DNA from: a bacterium
GTDB lineage: Bacteria; Electryoneota; Electryoneia; Electryoneales; Electryoneaceae
Reading direction: 5' to 3'
Assembly: GCA_963669175.1 (NCBI GenBank)
Contig: OY769902.1
Span: forward strand, 5,152,001 to 5,216,000
Length of the DNA stretch: 64,000 nt
This document shows positions 40,493 through 49,727 of the stretch, piece by piece. How positions within the stretch are numbered: the stretch's first letter is position 1; each line of letters opens with the position of its first letter. The notes under the pieces are model-generated. The model was given only the letters and a program-made list of their open reading frames with translations, was not told the DNA's origin and did no database searches. A program made the position numbers and the translations under genes.

Positions 40493-42223
40493 ATGCGTTT
40501 GTCCAAGGCATTCATGCCGACGTTGAAAGAGATCCCTTCGGATGCAGTAGTTACCAGTCACCGTTTGATGTTGCGCGCCGGGTTGGTGCGTCCTCTGCTG
40601 GCTGGGGTATACAATTACCTGCCGTTCGGCCAGAAGGCTTCGCTCAAGGCCATGACCATTATCCGCGAGGAGATGGACCGGATCGGCGGGCAGGAGTTGC
40701 TGCTGCCGGTACTCAATCCCGTGGAGATCTGGCAGGAGACCGGACGTGACAAGGATATGGGCTCGGAGATGTTCCATCTTCACGACCGTAAGGACCGTGA
40801 ACTGGTGCTCGCCCCGACCCACGAAGAGATCATCTGCAACCTGGCGCGCAATGAGATCCGCAGCTACAAGGAACTGCCCCAGATCTGGTACCAGATCCAG
40901 AGCAAGTTCCGTGATGAACCACGTCCCCGTAGCGGTGAATTGCGTACACGCCAGTTCTTCATGAAAGACGCCTATACGCTGACCGTGAACTATGAAGACC
41001 TGGACGAACTCTACCTGAAGCATCGTGAAGCGTATCAACGCATTTTCCGTCGCGCCGGGCTGGACTATTTCATCGTAGGTGCGTCTTCAGGTGTCATGGG
41101 CGGCACCGGCAGCGAAGAGTTCATGATCGAGTCGGATGCGGGCGAAGATACCTGCGTACTCTGCCGTGAATGTGGTTATGCGGCCAACCAGGAAGTGGCG
41201 ACTTCGAACCTGAAGGAAGATCACCCGCCGGAATCACCGGTCCAGTTCAAGAAGGTACCGACCCCGGGCAAACGGACGGTTGAGGAAGTGTCCGAGTTCC
41301 TGGGCCTGCCCAAGTCTCGCTTCATCAAGTCGCTGGTTTTCATGGGCGATGAGGGTGCGGCGATGGTGCTGGTGCGTGGGGATGACGAAGCCAACGAATC
41401 CAAACTGCAGCCGTTGCTGGGCGCCTCGATGCGTCCCGCGCAGCCCGAGGAAGTCCTTGAGCTGATCGGCGCGGAGATCGGATTCCTCGGACCGGTCGGA
41501 CTGGAGAAGAAGGTCCGCATCATCGCTGACAAGCGTCTGGAAGGGTTGCGGAACATGGCCACCGGCGCAAACGAGAACGAGCATCATGTGATTGGCGTAC
41601 AGGTCGGGGAAACCTTTGAGCCCACGGAATGGGCGGACGTACGCATGGTGCATGAAGGCGAGCCCTGTCCGAAATGCGGAAAGCCGTTGGGTGTCGTACG
41701 AGCTATCGAACTGGGCCACATCTTCAAGCTGGGCACCAAGTACAGCGCCGCGATGGGCGCGACAGTACTCGACCAGAACGGCAAGGAAGTCCCGATTGTC
41801 ATGGGCAGCTACGGTATTGGTGTGGGACGTCTGGTTGCAGCGGTCATCGAGAACGGCGCGGATGATGACGGCATCGTGTGGCCGGTTTCCATGGCGCCGT
41901 ATGAAGTCGTAATCATGCCGTTGAAGATAAAACATGAAGAAAGTGTCCAGATTGCAGATGAATTATATGAAGAAATTCGTACCTTGGGTTGGGATGTAGC
42001 GCTGGATGACCGTAACGCCCGTCCTGGCGTAAAATTCAAGGATGCGGACCTGATGGGCTTCCCCTTCCAGGTGATTATCGGGGAGAAGAACCTGGCCGAG
42101 GGCAAGATCGAGATGAAGCGGCGTTGTGACAGCGAAAAAGTGCTGGTTGCAAAAGACGAAGTACTGGCAAAACTGAAACAGTGGCGCGAGGAAGATCTCG
42201 CACGGACACTACCGGAGGCGTAG
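40493..42223 (+). CDS. proS: Proline--tRNA ligase
   Basis: 'SHRLMLRAG', 'LAPTHEE', 'KFRDEPRPR', 'FFMKDAY', INS editing domain, 'GHIFKLGTKYS', 'MGSYGIG'. Confidence 0.97.
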   Translation: MRLSKAFMPTLKEIPSDAVVTSHRLMLRAGLVRPLLAGVYNYLPFGQKASLKAMTIIREEMDRIGGQELLLPVLNPVEIWQETGRDKDMGSEMFHLHDRKDRELVLAPTHEEIICNLARNEIRSYKELPQIWYQIQSKFRDEPRPRSGELRTRQFFMKDAYTLTVNYEDLDELYLKHREAYQRIFRRAGLDYFIVGASSGVMGGTGSEEFMIESDAGEDTCVLCRECGYAANQEVATSNLKEDHPPESPVQFKKVPTPGKRTVEEVSEFLGLPKSRFIKSLVFMGDEGAAMVLVRGDDEANESKLQPLLGASMRPAQPEEVLELIGAEIGFLGPVGLEKKVRIIADKRLEGLRNMATGANENEHHVIGVQVGETFEPTEWADVRMVHEGEPCPKCGKPLGVVRAIELGHIFKLGTKYSAAMGATVLDQNGKEVPIVMGSYGIGVGRLVAAVIENGADDDGIVWPVSMAPYEVVIMPLKIKHEESVQIADELYEEIRTLGWDVALDDRNARPGVKFKDADLMGFPFQVIIGEKNLAEGKIEMKRRCDSEKVLVAKDEVLAKLKQWREEDLARTLPEA

Positions 42224-42274
42224 CTTCAGGTTTGTTCGATTGGTCGCGTGGCAACGGAGGGGCACTCGTACCAC

Positions 42275-43489
42275 ATGAAAAAAATTGCGGATAAGGTCAA
42301 AGAGTTCACCCGGGCCAGGGAAGTGCAGGCTTTGGGATTATACCCGTATTTCAGAGAAATCGAGAGTGAGCAGGGCACAACTGTCACAATGGACGGCAAG
42401 CCGGTGCTCATGATGGGCTCGAACAATTACCTCGGCCTGACCAACCATCCCGAGGTCAAGGAAGCGGCGAAAAAAGCCATCGACAATTACGGCACAGGCT
42501 GCGCCGGATCACGTTTCCTGAACGGCACTTTGTCGATTCACCGTGAATGTGAAGAAGTTCTCGCGGATTTCATGGGCGCCGAAGCCGCGCTGGTCTTCTC
42601 CACCGGGCTTATGTCCAACACCGGAAGCATTCCTCACCTGGTGCCACGTAACGGCTATCTCGTTACGGATAAAATGGACCACGCCAGTATCCTGGATGCG
42701 ACACGGCTGGCGTTCGGCAAAACGATCAAGTTCGCCCACAATGACATGGCTGATCTGGAAGCAAAACTGAGCAGGCTGGAACCCGACCGGAACAAGCTGA
42801 TCATCATTGACGGCGTTTTTTCCATGGAAGGCGATATTGCACCATTGCCGGATATGCTTGAAGTGGCGGACAAGTATGGCGCTGAGATTCTCGTGGATGA
42901 CGCTCACGCAATCGGTGTTCTGGGACCGGGCGGACGTGGCACCGCAGCTCATTTTGATGTCAGCGACCGTGTGCTGGGAACCGTCGGCACCTTCAGCAAG
43001 TCCCTGGCTTCCATCGGCGGTTTCCTCGCCAGCAGTGAAGATGTGATTCATTTCCTGAAGCATCATAGCCGTCACCTGATTTTCTCGGCCAGCCCGCCTC
43101 CGGCGTCCATGGCCTCCGTGATCAAAGCGGTGGAAATCATCAAACGTGAACCGGAACGAATCGAACGTCTCTGGCAGCTCACAGACTACCTGCGCACCAA
43201 CCTGGAAAATGCAGGCTTCAATATCGGCGTCTGCGAAACCCCGATTATCCCTGTATATGTCGGCGATGACATGAAGGTTTTCAACGCCTGCATGATGTTG
43301 CAGCAGGAGGGTGTGTTCGTGAATCCGGTGATCAGCCCGGCTGTTCCCCCGGAACACGCGCTTATCCGCTTGTCATTAATGTCAACCCTGACCGAAGAAC
43401 AACTTGATTTCGCAGTTGAAAAACTAATCAAGGTAGGCAAAGAGCTGGAGTTTATTCCCCAACCCGAACCAACGGCCACAGAGAAATGA
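42275..43489 (+). CDS. Alpha-oxoamine synthase, probable serine palmitoyltransferase
   Basis: 'LYPYFR', 'GSNNYLGL', 'GTGCAGSRFLNGT', 'DHASI', 'DGVFSMEGD', 'DDAH', PLP lysine motif 'GTFSKS'; followed by a GNAT gene. Confidence 0.8.
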   Translation: MKKIADKVKEFTRAREVQALGLYPYFREIESEQGTTVTMDGKPVLMMGSNNYLGLTNHPEVKEAAKKAIDNYGTGCAGSRFLNGTLSIHRECEEVLADFMGAEAALVFSTGLMSNTGSIPHLVPRNGYLVTDKMDHASILDATRLAFGKTIKFAHNDMADLEAKLSRLEPDRNKLIIIDGVFSMEGDIAPLPDMLEVADKYGAEILVDDAHAIGVLGPGGRGTAAHFDVSDRVLGTVGTFSKSLASIGGFLASSEDVIHFLKHHSRHLIFSASPPPASMASVIKAVEIIKREPERIERLWQLTDYLRTNLENAGFNIGVCETPIIPVYVGDDMKVFNACMMLQQEGVFVNPVISPAVPPEHALIRLSLMSTLTEEQLDFAVEKLIKVGKELEFIPQPEPTATEK

Positions 43490-43534
43490 GCATGCATTTT
43501 CCGGCATAACAGCTGGATTTTTTTGGAGAAAAGC

Positions 43535-44662
43535 ATGTCGAGCATCGAGGTCAAGCAGGCTGCCATTGGCAAGACCTACAAGGATTATATCGGTATCCCG
43601 TATAAAATTCAGGGGTCCAACCCAGTGTGGGTGCCGCCTTTACGCACGATGCAGCTTGAGATGCACGACCCGAAGAAGTATCCTTTCTGGGCCCAGGCAG
43701 AAGAACGCAGGTTTGTCGCCTATCAGAACGGTGAACCGGTGGGACGCATCAGCGCGATAAGAGACGACCGCCATAACCAGCTCCATCAGGAGACCACCAC
43801 TCATTTCGGTTTCTTTGAGTGTATCGACGATGTTGATGTCGCCAAGGCCATGCTGGAAAAGGTGGAAGAATGCGCGCATGAATGGCAGCATAACCTGATC
43901 CGTGGCCCGTTCAATCCCAACATCAACGAAGACATGGGCATCCAGATCGACGCGTTCGACAAAAGTCCCGTGATCATGATGCCGTACAATCCCCCTTATT
44001 ATCGTACCCTACTCGAAAAATGCGGTTATGAAAAAGCCATGGATGTGTTCTGCTATTATGTAGACCAGGAATCCATGTCCCCCAAGCTGAAACGTGGCGC
44101 GGAAAGTCTGCGCAAACGCACCAAGCTGAAATACCGTGCCTTCGACAAGAAAAACCTGATGCGTGACGCCCTGAAAATCTGGGATGTCCATTGCCAGGCG
44201 TGGGAAAAGAACTGGTGCGCGGTTCCTTTCACGGAAGATGAATTCAAGCATATTGTAAAGAACCTCAAGCAGATCGCCGATTTCGACATCATTTTCCTTG
44301 CCGAGGATGAGAACGACAAGCTGGTCGGCTTCTCGCTGGCGTTACCGAACATTCACGAAGCGTTCATCAAGATTCGTGACGGCCGCCTCTTCCCCTTCGG
44401 ACTGCCCAAACTGCTCTGGCATACCCGAAAAGGCGCTATTTCCAGTGTTCGGATTATCATTATGGGCGTACTGGAAGAATATCGCGGACGTGGGATTGAT
44501 GCTGTTTTTTACTATGACCACTTCATGGAAGGCATTAAACGCGGGTACTACTGGGGCGAGATGAGTTGGATCCTTGAGACCAACACCATGATGAACCGTG
44601 CTGCGGTGATGATGGGTGCGAAGAAGTACAAGACATACCGTATGTTCGCAAAGGCGTTGTAA
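43535..44662 (+). CDS. GNAT acyltransferase (YghO / bacterial ceramide synthase-like)
   Basis: 'WVPPL', 'GRISAI', 'FGFFEC', 'RGPFNP', 'MMPYNPPYY', 'GRLFPFG', 'SWILETN', 'KTYRMF'. Confidence 0.8.
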   Translation: MSSIEVKQAAIGKTYKDYIGIPYKIQGSNPVWVPPLRTMQLEMHDPKKYPFWAQAEERRFVAYQNGEPVGRISAIRDDRHNQLHQETTTHFGFFECIDDVDVAKAMLEKVEECAHEWQHNLIRGPFNPNINEDMGIQIDAFDKSPVIMMPYNPPYYRTLLEKCGYEKAMDVFCYYVDQESMSPKLKRGAESLRKRTKLKYRAFDKKNLMRDALKIWDVHCQAWEKNWCAVPFTEDEFKHIVKNLKQIADFDIIFLAEDENDKLVGFSLALPNIHEAFIKIRDGRLFPFGLPKLLWHTRKGAISSVRIIIMGVLEEYRGRGIDAVFYYDHFMEGIKRGYYWGEMSWILETNTMMNRAAVMMGAKKYKTYRMFAKAL

Positions 44663-44837
44663 GTGGTTTTCGTAGTTTGAAAGTTATTGATTCGCATAGT
44701 GAAAAAAGTAATCAGTGAAAAAAGTGAAAAAAGAATTAACACGTTTGAAAGCACAATGTTATTTGATACGTTCGTTTATCCTGAAGATTTGAAGTATATG
44801 GGTGACACACTTGGCCCCGTCGGCTTGAAGCACGCTG

Positions 44838-45119
44838 AAGACACACTTGGCCCCTCCGGCTTGAAACACGCTGTAGCGAAGCGAAAGCGGCTGCCCGATT
44901 CTACATAGAGAAGAAAGCCCTTCAGTAATAGGTCGCATACTCGAACAAAGCAGGCAGCAAAAGGGGACTGTTTCCTTTTCGTCGCGCGGAGGTGAGATAC
45001 TTCGTGATATTGGTTATCGAAAAGGTGACTGTACCCTTTTGCCAGTGATCCAACTTATTGCTTTGTTCTTCATTCTGAGATTGAGTTTCTTCGCAGCGAA
45101 AAGGGTACAGCTTCCTTTT
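44838..45119. repeat. ~280-bp composite repeat, left copy
   Basis: Near-identical to 47251-47537, e.g. GGAGGTGAGATACTTCGTGATATTGGTTATCGAAAAGGTGACTGTACCCTTTTGCCAGTGATCC... Confidence 0.9.
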
Positions 45120-45404
45120 CCGCAAGGTCATCGGGAGTGTCCTGTAATGGCGCGAGGACAAGGATTCCGTCCCCCTTTCATGTCAGTCCCCACCTCCACC
45201 TAAATACCTGTTGTTTATACAACATCAACATAAAAGAGTGGCTCGATCCGCAAGTGAACATATCTCCACAGAGACGGATTCTGAAATATTCTGATAGATC
45301 AACAAGTTGTGATGAAGCAACGAGCGAATCGGGACAGAGAGGAATCAGGAAAGAAGTGTTAAAAGCACCACACCTCACGTGCGGATCGGACCACCCGCGA
45401 TTTT

Positions 45405-47153
45405 TCACTTCAACAGAAACAGCGGTTGGGATTCTGACACTCCTTGTGGGCTATGAACCTGAAGGAAGTATACCCCACTTGCAAGTGATCCGGAAGGAGT
45501 CCAGTCCCAGGTTGAATACCCCGCAGGCAACCACCTTTCCTCAGAGAGAACTTGCCGCCCCAGGCGATCATAGACATGGAAGGAATACTCCCCCTGAACA
45601 GTTAACGCGATTTGTACGAGCGTCGAACTGTTGAACGGATTTGGCCAAGCGGAAAGAATGCGAAAATCTTCAGGTAGGCTGGCAGGAATGTCCTGTGCAA
45701 CAGCCACAGTATCCCGTCCGGCGACACGACCATCCCCGGTAACCTTGTAGAACCAGAGTTCACCGGCGCCACCACGTCCCTTGAATACAGAGACAATCGC
45801 TTCATGACGCTCAGGTATTGAGACACACTTTGTTCGCCCAATACTAGGGTGTCTGAGTAGATCATACACTACAAAGATTGAATCATTACCCCAATACAAC
45901 TCTCCGTCATTGTTGATGCGATGCACACGAATGCCTTCGGCGTCAAAATCATCATTATTCCAGCCGTAAAATCCGAATATTCCCCCAGCACCATCTGAGC
46001 AGCAAACCGAAGGTGAGTAAATTGCATAAGCATTTGGTCTGTAACTTTCTCGATTGACAATAATTGCAAGGCTGTCGTAGTAGGCTGAGCTATCCGGGTA
46101 CATGCGAACCAGGTAGGCATTATAGGGGGCGCCAACAGTTGTGACAGCCAGTGTGCTGTCAGGCATACGAAGGATTTCGCTGGAGGTGCTTTCTCCCCTG
46201 ATATTAGCGATGACACCACGATCCCCCCAGGGGATGGTTCTATCGGCAAGTACATGTTGAAAACAGACAACAGCGTCTTCTGATTGAAAGCTTAGAAAGA
46301 ATCCATTGAAGCCATCCGGAATGCATGAGTATCTTCCAGTATATAAACCGGGATGAAGTGAATAGATAATTGCCGATTCATCAAACATCTGTTCCCCACC
46401 AGCACTCACCCGCTGGCACCGGGTTTGATCATGATTATCCGGGTCTTCCCAGACAACCCAAACACCACCGGCTTCATCTTCACACAAACCTACTTGTTGG
46501 CTCTCAGAGAAGTAATTCTCATATAAAACAACACTATGTGCCACCTTGGGTGTACCATCAGCGTTCAAACCTGCTACCGCCAATCCCATGTCCAGGCTAA
46601 AATCGTACAAGCGGTACACATGCCAGAACCCACCAGCCCCGTCACTGCAAATCAGGGGATTAATGTTGTAGCTTTCACGTTGATCACTGCGCTCATTGAC
46701 CACCAGCACGCCAGTTGAATCAAAGGCGAAAGAACCGTCAAGGTTTACTTTCTGGGCATACACACTGTATCCGTTGTCCGGATCAGTTGTGTCGTTGATA
46801 TAGGTTACCCATACAGCGCCACTATCCGCAGGCAGCAATCCCAGGTAAACATTACGGTTTCCGGGGCCTATGGATATGCCATACTCATCGCCGAACTGCT
46901 TGACGCCATCATTGTCTATCCGTTGCAGGAAAGTACCTGATGTGTATACAGTATGCCGATCATAAGCGATCCAGGCCCCGCCTTCACCATCAGGAAGGAT
47001 GTGGTACAGGAGGTGTACCCCGGTGGAAATCAACACACCGCCGTCTTCCTCGGACCATTGAGCGTGAAGGGGTGTGAACAGGAACAAAAACAGGCATGTC
47101 CAAGCCAGACAGCCGAAAAGAACAGAGGGATGGTTCCGCAGTAACATGGTCAT
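45405..47153 (-). CDS. Secreted beta-propeller-like protein with T9SS/FlgD domain
   Basis: Signal peptide ending 'HAQW'; repeated 'DG.GG.W...W/Y...QR(I/V)...G' blades; 'WPNPFNS', 'ASGVYF'. Confidence 0.8.
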   Translation of the reverse strand: MTMLLRNHPSVLFGCLAWTCLFLFLFTPLHAQWSEEDGGVLISTGVHLLYHILPDGEGGAWIAYDRHTVYTSGTFLQRIDNDGVKQFGDEYGISIGPGNRNVYLGLLPADSGAVWVTYINDTTDPDNGYSVYAQKVNLDGSFAFDSTGVLVVNERSDQRESYNINPLICSDGAGGFWHVYRLYDFSLDMGLAVAGLNADGTPKVAHSVVLYENYFSESQQVGLCEDEAGGVWVVWEDPDNHDQTRCQRVSAGGEQMFDESAIIYSLHPGLYTGRYSCIPDGFNGFFLSFQSEDAVVCFQHVLADRTIPWGDRGVIANIRGESTSSEILRMPDSTLAVTTVGAPYNAYLVRMYPDSSAYYDSLAIIVNRESYRPNAYAIYSPSVCCSDGAGGIFGFYGWNNDDFDAEGIRVHRINNDGELYWGNDSIFVVYDLLRHPSIGRTKCVSIPERHEAIVSVFKGRGGAGELWFYKVTGDGRVAGRDTVAVAQDIPASLPEDFRILSAWPNPFNSSTLVQIALTVQGEYSFHVYDRLGRQVLSEERWLPAGYSTWDWTPSGSLASGVYFLQVHSPQGVSESQPLFLLK

Positions 47154-47250
47154 CTCACGTATTGTTATTTCATAGTAATAAACTGCTGAGCCGATCCGTG
47201 TTCAATCAAGGGGTGAGGAGACATTTTAGCCCGCCGATTTGATGTACAAA

Positions 47251-47537
47251 GAAGACACACTTGGCTCCTCAGGCTTGACGCACGATGAAACGGAAGCGGC
47301 TGCCCGGCGGGGGGTTATTCTACACAGAGGCGAGAGTCCTTCAGTAGTAGATTGCATACTCGAACAAAGCAGACAGCAAAAGGGGATTGTTTCCTTTTCG
47401 TCGCGTGGAGGTGAGATACTTCGTGATATTGGTTATCGAAAAGGTGACTGTACCCTTTTGCCAGTGATCCAACTTATTGCTTTGTTCTTCATTCTGAGAT
47501 TGAGTTTCCTCGCAGCGAAAAGGGTACAGCTTCCTTT
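47251..47537. repeat. ~280-bp composite repeat, right copy
   Basis: Direct repeat of 44838-45119. Confidence 0.9.
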
Positions 47538-47716
47538 TTTGAATCATAGTGAAAAAAGTAGTCAGTGAAAAAAGTGAAAAATGAAAAGAAAAGTCAGTAA
47601 ACTCAAAGTTGTCTTTTCACTCTTTTTCTATCCTGATCACCCTTCTTCGTTGTGTGTATCCTGTTAATTAATCAAATGTTTACAATTTTCTTTTCCATTC
47701 TGTAAATACAACCGAA

Positions 47717-48108
47717 CCTCATCCTTGATATCCTTCCATCCTATTATCCTGTGAGTCAAGGCAGTAACACCGAAAAGATCCCGACGCACTCGAAGAACGA
47801 CCGGTGAAAGCAGCGTTTGTGGGAGTATTCCAACCACATCAGGCAAGGAGAATTCATCACTTGTGCATCGGGCCACCCGTCTTGAAGTTAGAAAGTTGGA
47901 AATTTCCCAGGTTATCTGATTTGTCAGCGACCCGACAGCAAGCAGTCGGGCCAAGCAGTCCTCATCCTCCTTTCCAGGAAAGACACATCTTTTTCATTCA
48001 ATATCAATCTTTTATCCTTGGCACCCTTACCATCCTTTGCATCCTGTACATTCAACAACCCCTCATCCTTGATATCCTTCCATCCTATTATCCTGTGAGT
48101 CAAGGCAG
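47717..48108. repeat. Identical 48-bp direct repeats with ATCCT(T/G) ~9-bp periodicity
   Basis: CCTCATCCTTGATATCCTTCCATCCTATTATCCTGTGAGTCAAGGCAG at 47717-47764 and 48061-48108; CCCGACAGCAAGCAGTCGGG hairpin between them. Confidence 0.9.
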
Positions 48109-48212
48109 ATTTACTCCATGACATTTTCCTCGCCGTGCGCTTTTGTCATTTGGGATATCGCTCCGTACATTACCTCATCACGTGAGTTTTTTCACAAGAA
48201 TCGAGGACAACC

Positions 48213-49577
48213 ATGGCTGATAAAACGATCCTGCTGACCGGGGCGAACGGCTTCCTGGGCTCTCATATCACAGACTGCCTGCTTCGTAATGGGTATAACG
48301 TACGCGCCATGGTCCGTCCTACCTCCAACCTGCAATGGCTGGACAACAAACCGGTCGAACTGGCTTACGGCGCTTTGGATGAACCTGATACGCTACGTAG
48401 CGCTGTCGAAGGTGTTGATGCCGTCATCCACAACGCAGGGGTAACATCAGTTGAAAACCAATATTTCTATTATCATTACAATGCAGACGCCACACGCAAC
48501 CTGCTGGACATTCTGCTGGAAGTGAATCCCAAGATCTCGCGTTTCGTTTATGTTTCCAGCCAGGCAGCCGGCGGTCCGACCATCGCGCCAGGCCCGAAGA
48601 AAGAATCCGACTCCACCAACCCGGTGAGTCCGTATGGTCACAGCAAGCTGCTGGCTGAAAAGCATGTGCTGTCAGTAAAAGATAAACTTCCAGTAACCAT
48701 TATCCGCCCCCCGTCCATCTATGGTCCACGCGACACTGCGTTCCTACCCATGTTCAAAATGGTCGCTCGTGGATGGATGCCAAAGATTGGCAACGTGGAA
48801 GAGCTGACCATCACGCATGCTATGGATGTGGCCCGTCAGATTCGTGTCCAGTTGGAAAACCCGGCCGCCATTGGGGAGATTTTCAATGCCGCACCGTTTG
48901 AAGCGACCAACATGGATGAATTCGGCGGCACTATCGGGAAGGTGCTCAGCGTAACACCGAAGGTGCTCACAGTTCCCGCGGCAGCCATCAAGTATGGTCT
49001 ACCCGCGGCGCACGGTGTAGCACGTATGTTTGGCAAAGGTGCGTTCTTTAATCCGAACAAGCGGGACGAGCTGCTGCAAAAACGCTGGCATATCAGCGGC
49101 GAGAAAGCGCGTGACCTGCTCGGCTTCGAGGGGCACTTCCCCCTCCTGGCAGGTGTTGGACAGACGGTGGAATGGTATCGTTGGAAGCAGTGGATGCAAT
49201 CGCCACGCGACCGTATCAAGGAACGTGAGGGTTCATCGGTCAAGAAACGCTTCATGCATGACCGCGACAGGGATTACGATAAAACCTGCGACCTGTGCGC
49301 GTTAACATTCGATGGCGAAGTTAAAACTCACAAGCATTATGAAGATAATGACTTTATCATCGTCGACTGCATGATCTGCCGTGTGCCAATGGCTGTCTTG
49401 AAAGAACACCGTGCCTCATTTACGGAAGAAGAGAAGCAGAAACTGTTGAAAATATTTGAAGAGCTGTTTGGTGGCGCGCAGCATCCGGATTTCGAGCAGC
49501 GACGTATCCCTGAACATGCTCACGTCCATTACCGTAACACGCCTCACGCACCACCCTGGCAACGACGCCCGGAATAA
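48213..49577 (+). CDS. NAD-dependent epimerase/dehydratase (extended SDR) fused to a C-terminal Cys/His-rich HIT-like domain
   Basis: 'TGANGFLG', 'HNAG', 'YVSS', 'YGHSK', 'RPPSIYGP'; C-terminal 'CDLC...DCMIC..PM...H...HAHVH'. Confidence 0.85.
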   Translation: MADKTILLTGANGFLGSHITDCLLRNGYNVRAMVRPTSNLQWLDNKPVELAYGALDEPDTLRSAVEGVDAVIHNAGVTSVENQYFYYHYNADATRNLLDILLEVNPKISRFVYVSSQAAGGPTIAPGPKKESDSTNPVSPYGHSKLLAEKHVLSVKDKLPVTIIRPPSIYGPRDTAFLPMFKMVARGWMPKIGNVEELTITHAMDVARQIRVQLENPAAIGEIFNAAPFEATNMDEFGGTIGKVLSVTPKVLTVPAAAIKYGLPAAHGVARMFGKGAFFNPNKRDELLQKRWHISGEKARDLLGFEGHFPLLAGVGQTVEWYRWKQWMQSPRDRIKEREGSSVKKRFMHDRDRDYDKTCDLCALTFDGEVKTHKHYEDNDFIIVDCMICRVPMAVLKEHRASFTEEEKQKLLKIFEELFGGAQHPDFEQRRIPEHAHVHYRNTPHAPPWQRRPE

Positions 49578-49727
49578 CATGAAGCTCAAGCCGGTGAAGT
49601 AACGCAAAAGTGATCTGTTCTTTGATTGAACAAAGATGTCTCAATTTCCAGTAGCGTATTTTGATACATCGTCTTGTGAAACTGTTCAAATAGAACAGTT
49701 ACGCATCTTTACAGGGGGATTGATATC

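Noticed and set aside
44922-45161. Short ORFs containing 'KGTVTF/NGTVTF' (also 47341-47547, 14774-14995, 5291-5539)
   Set aside because: They are translations of the palindromic repeat family, with no evidence of being real genes.
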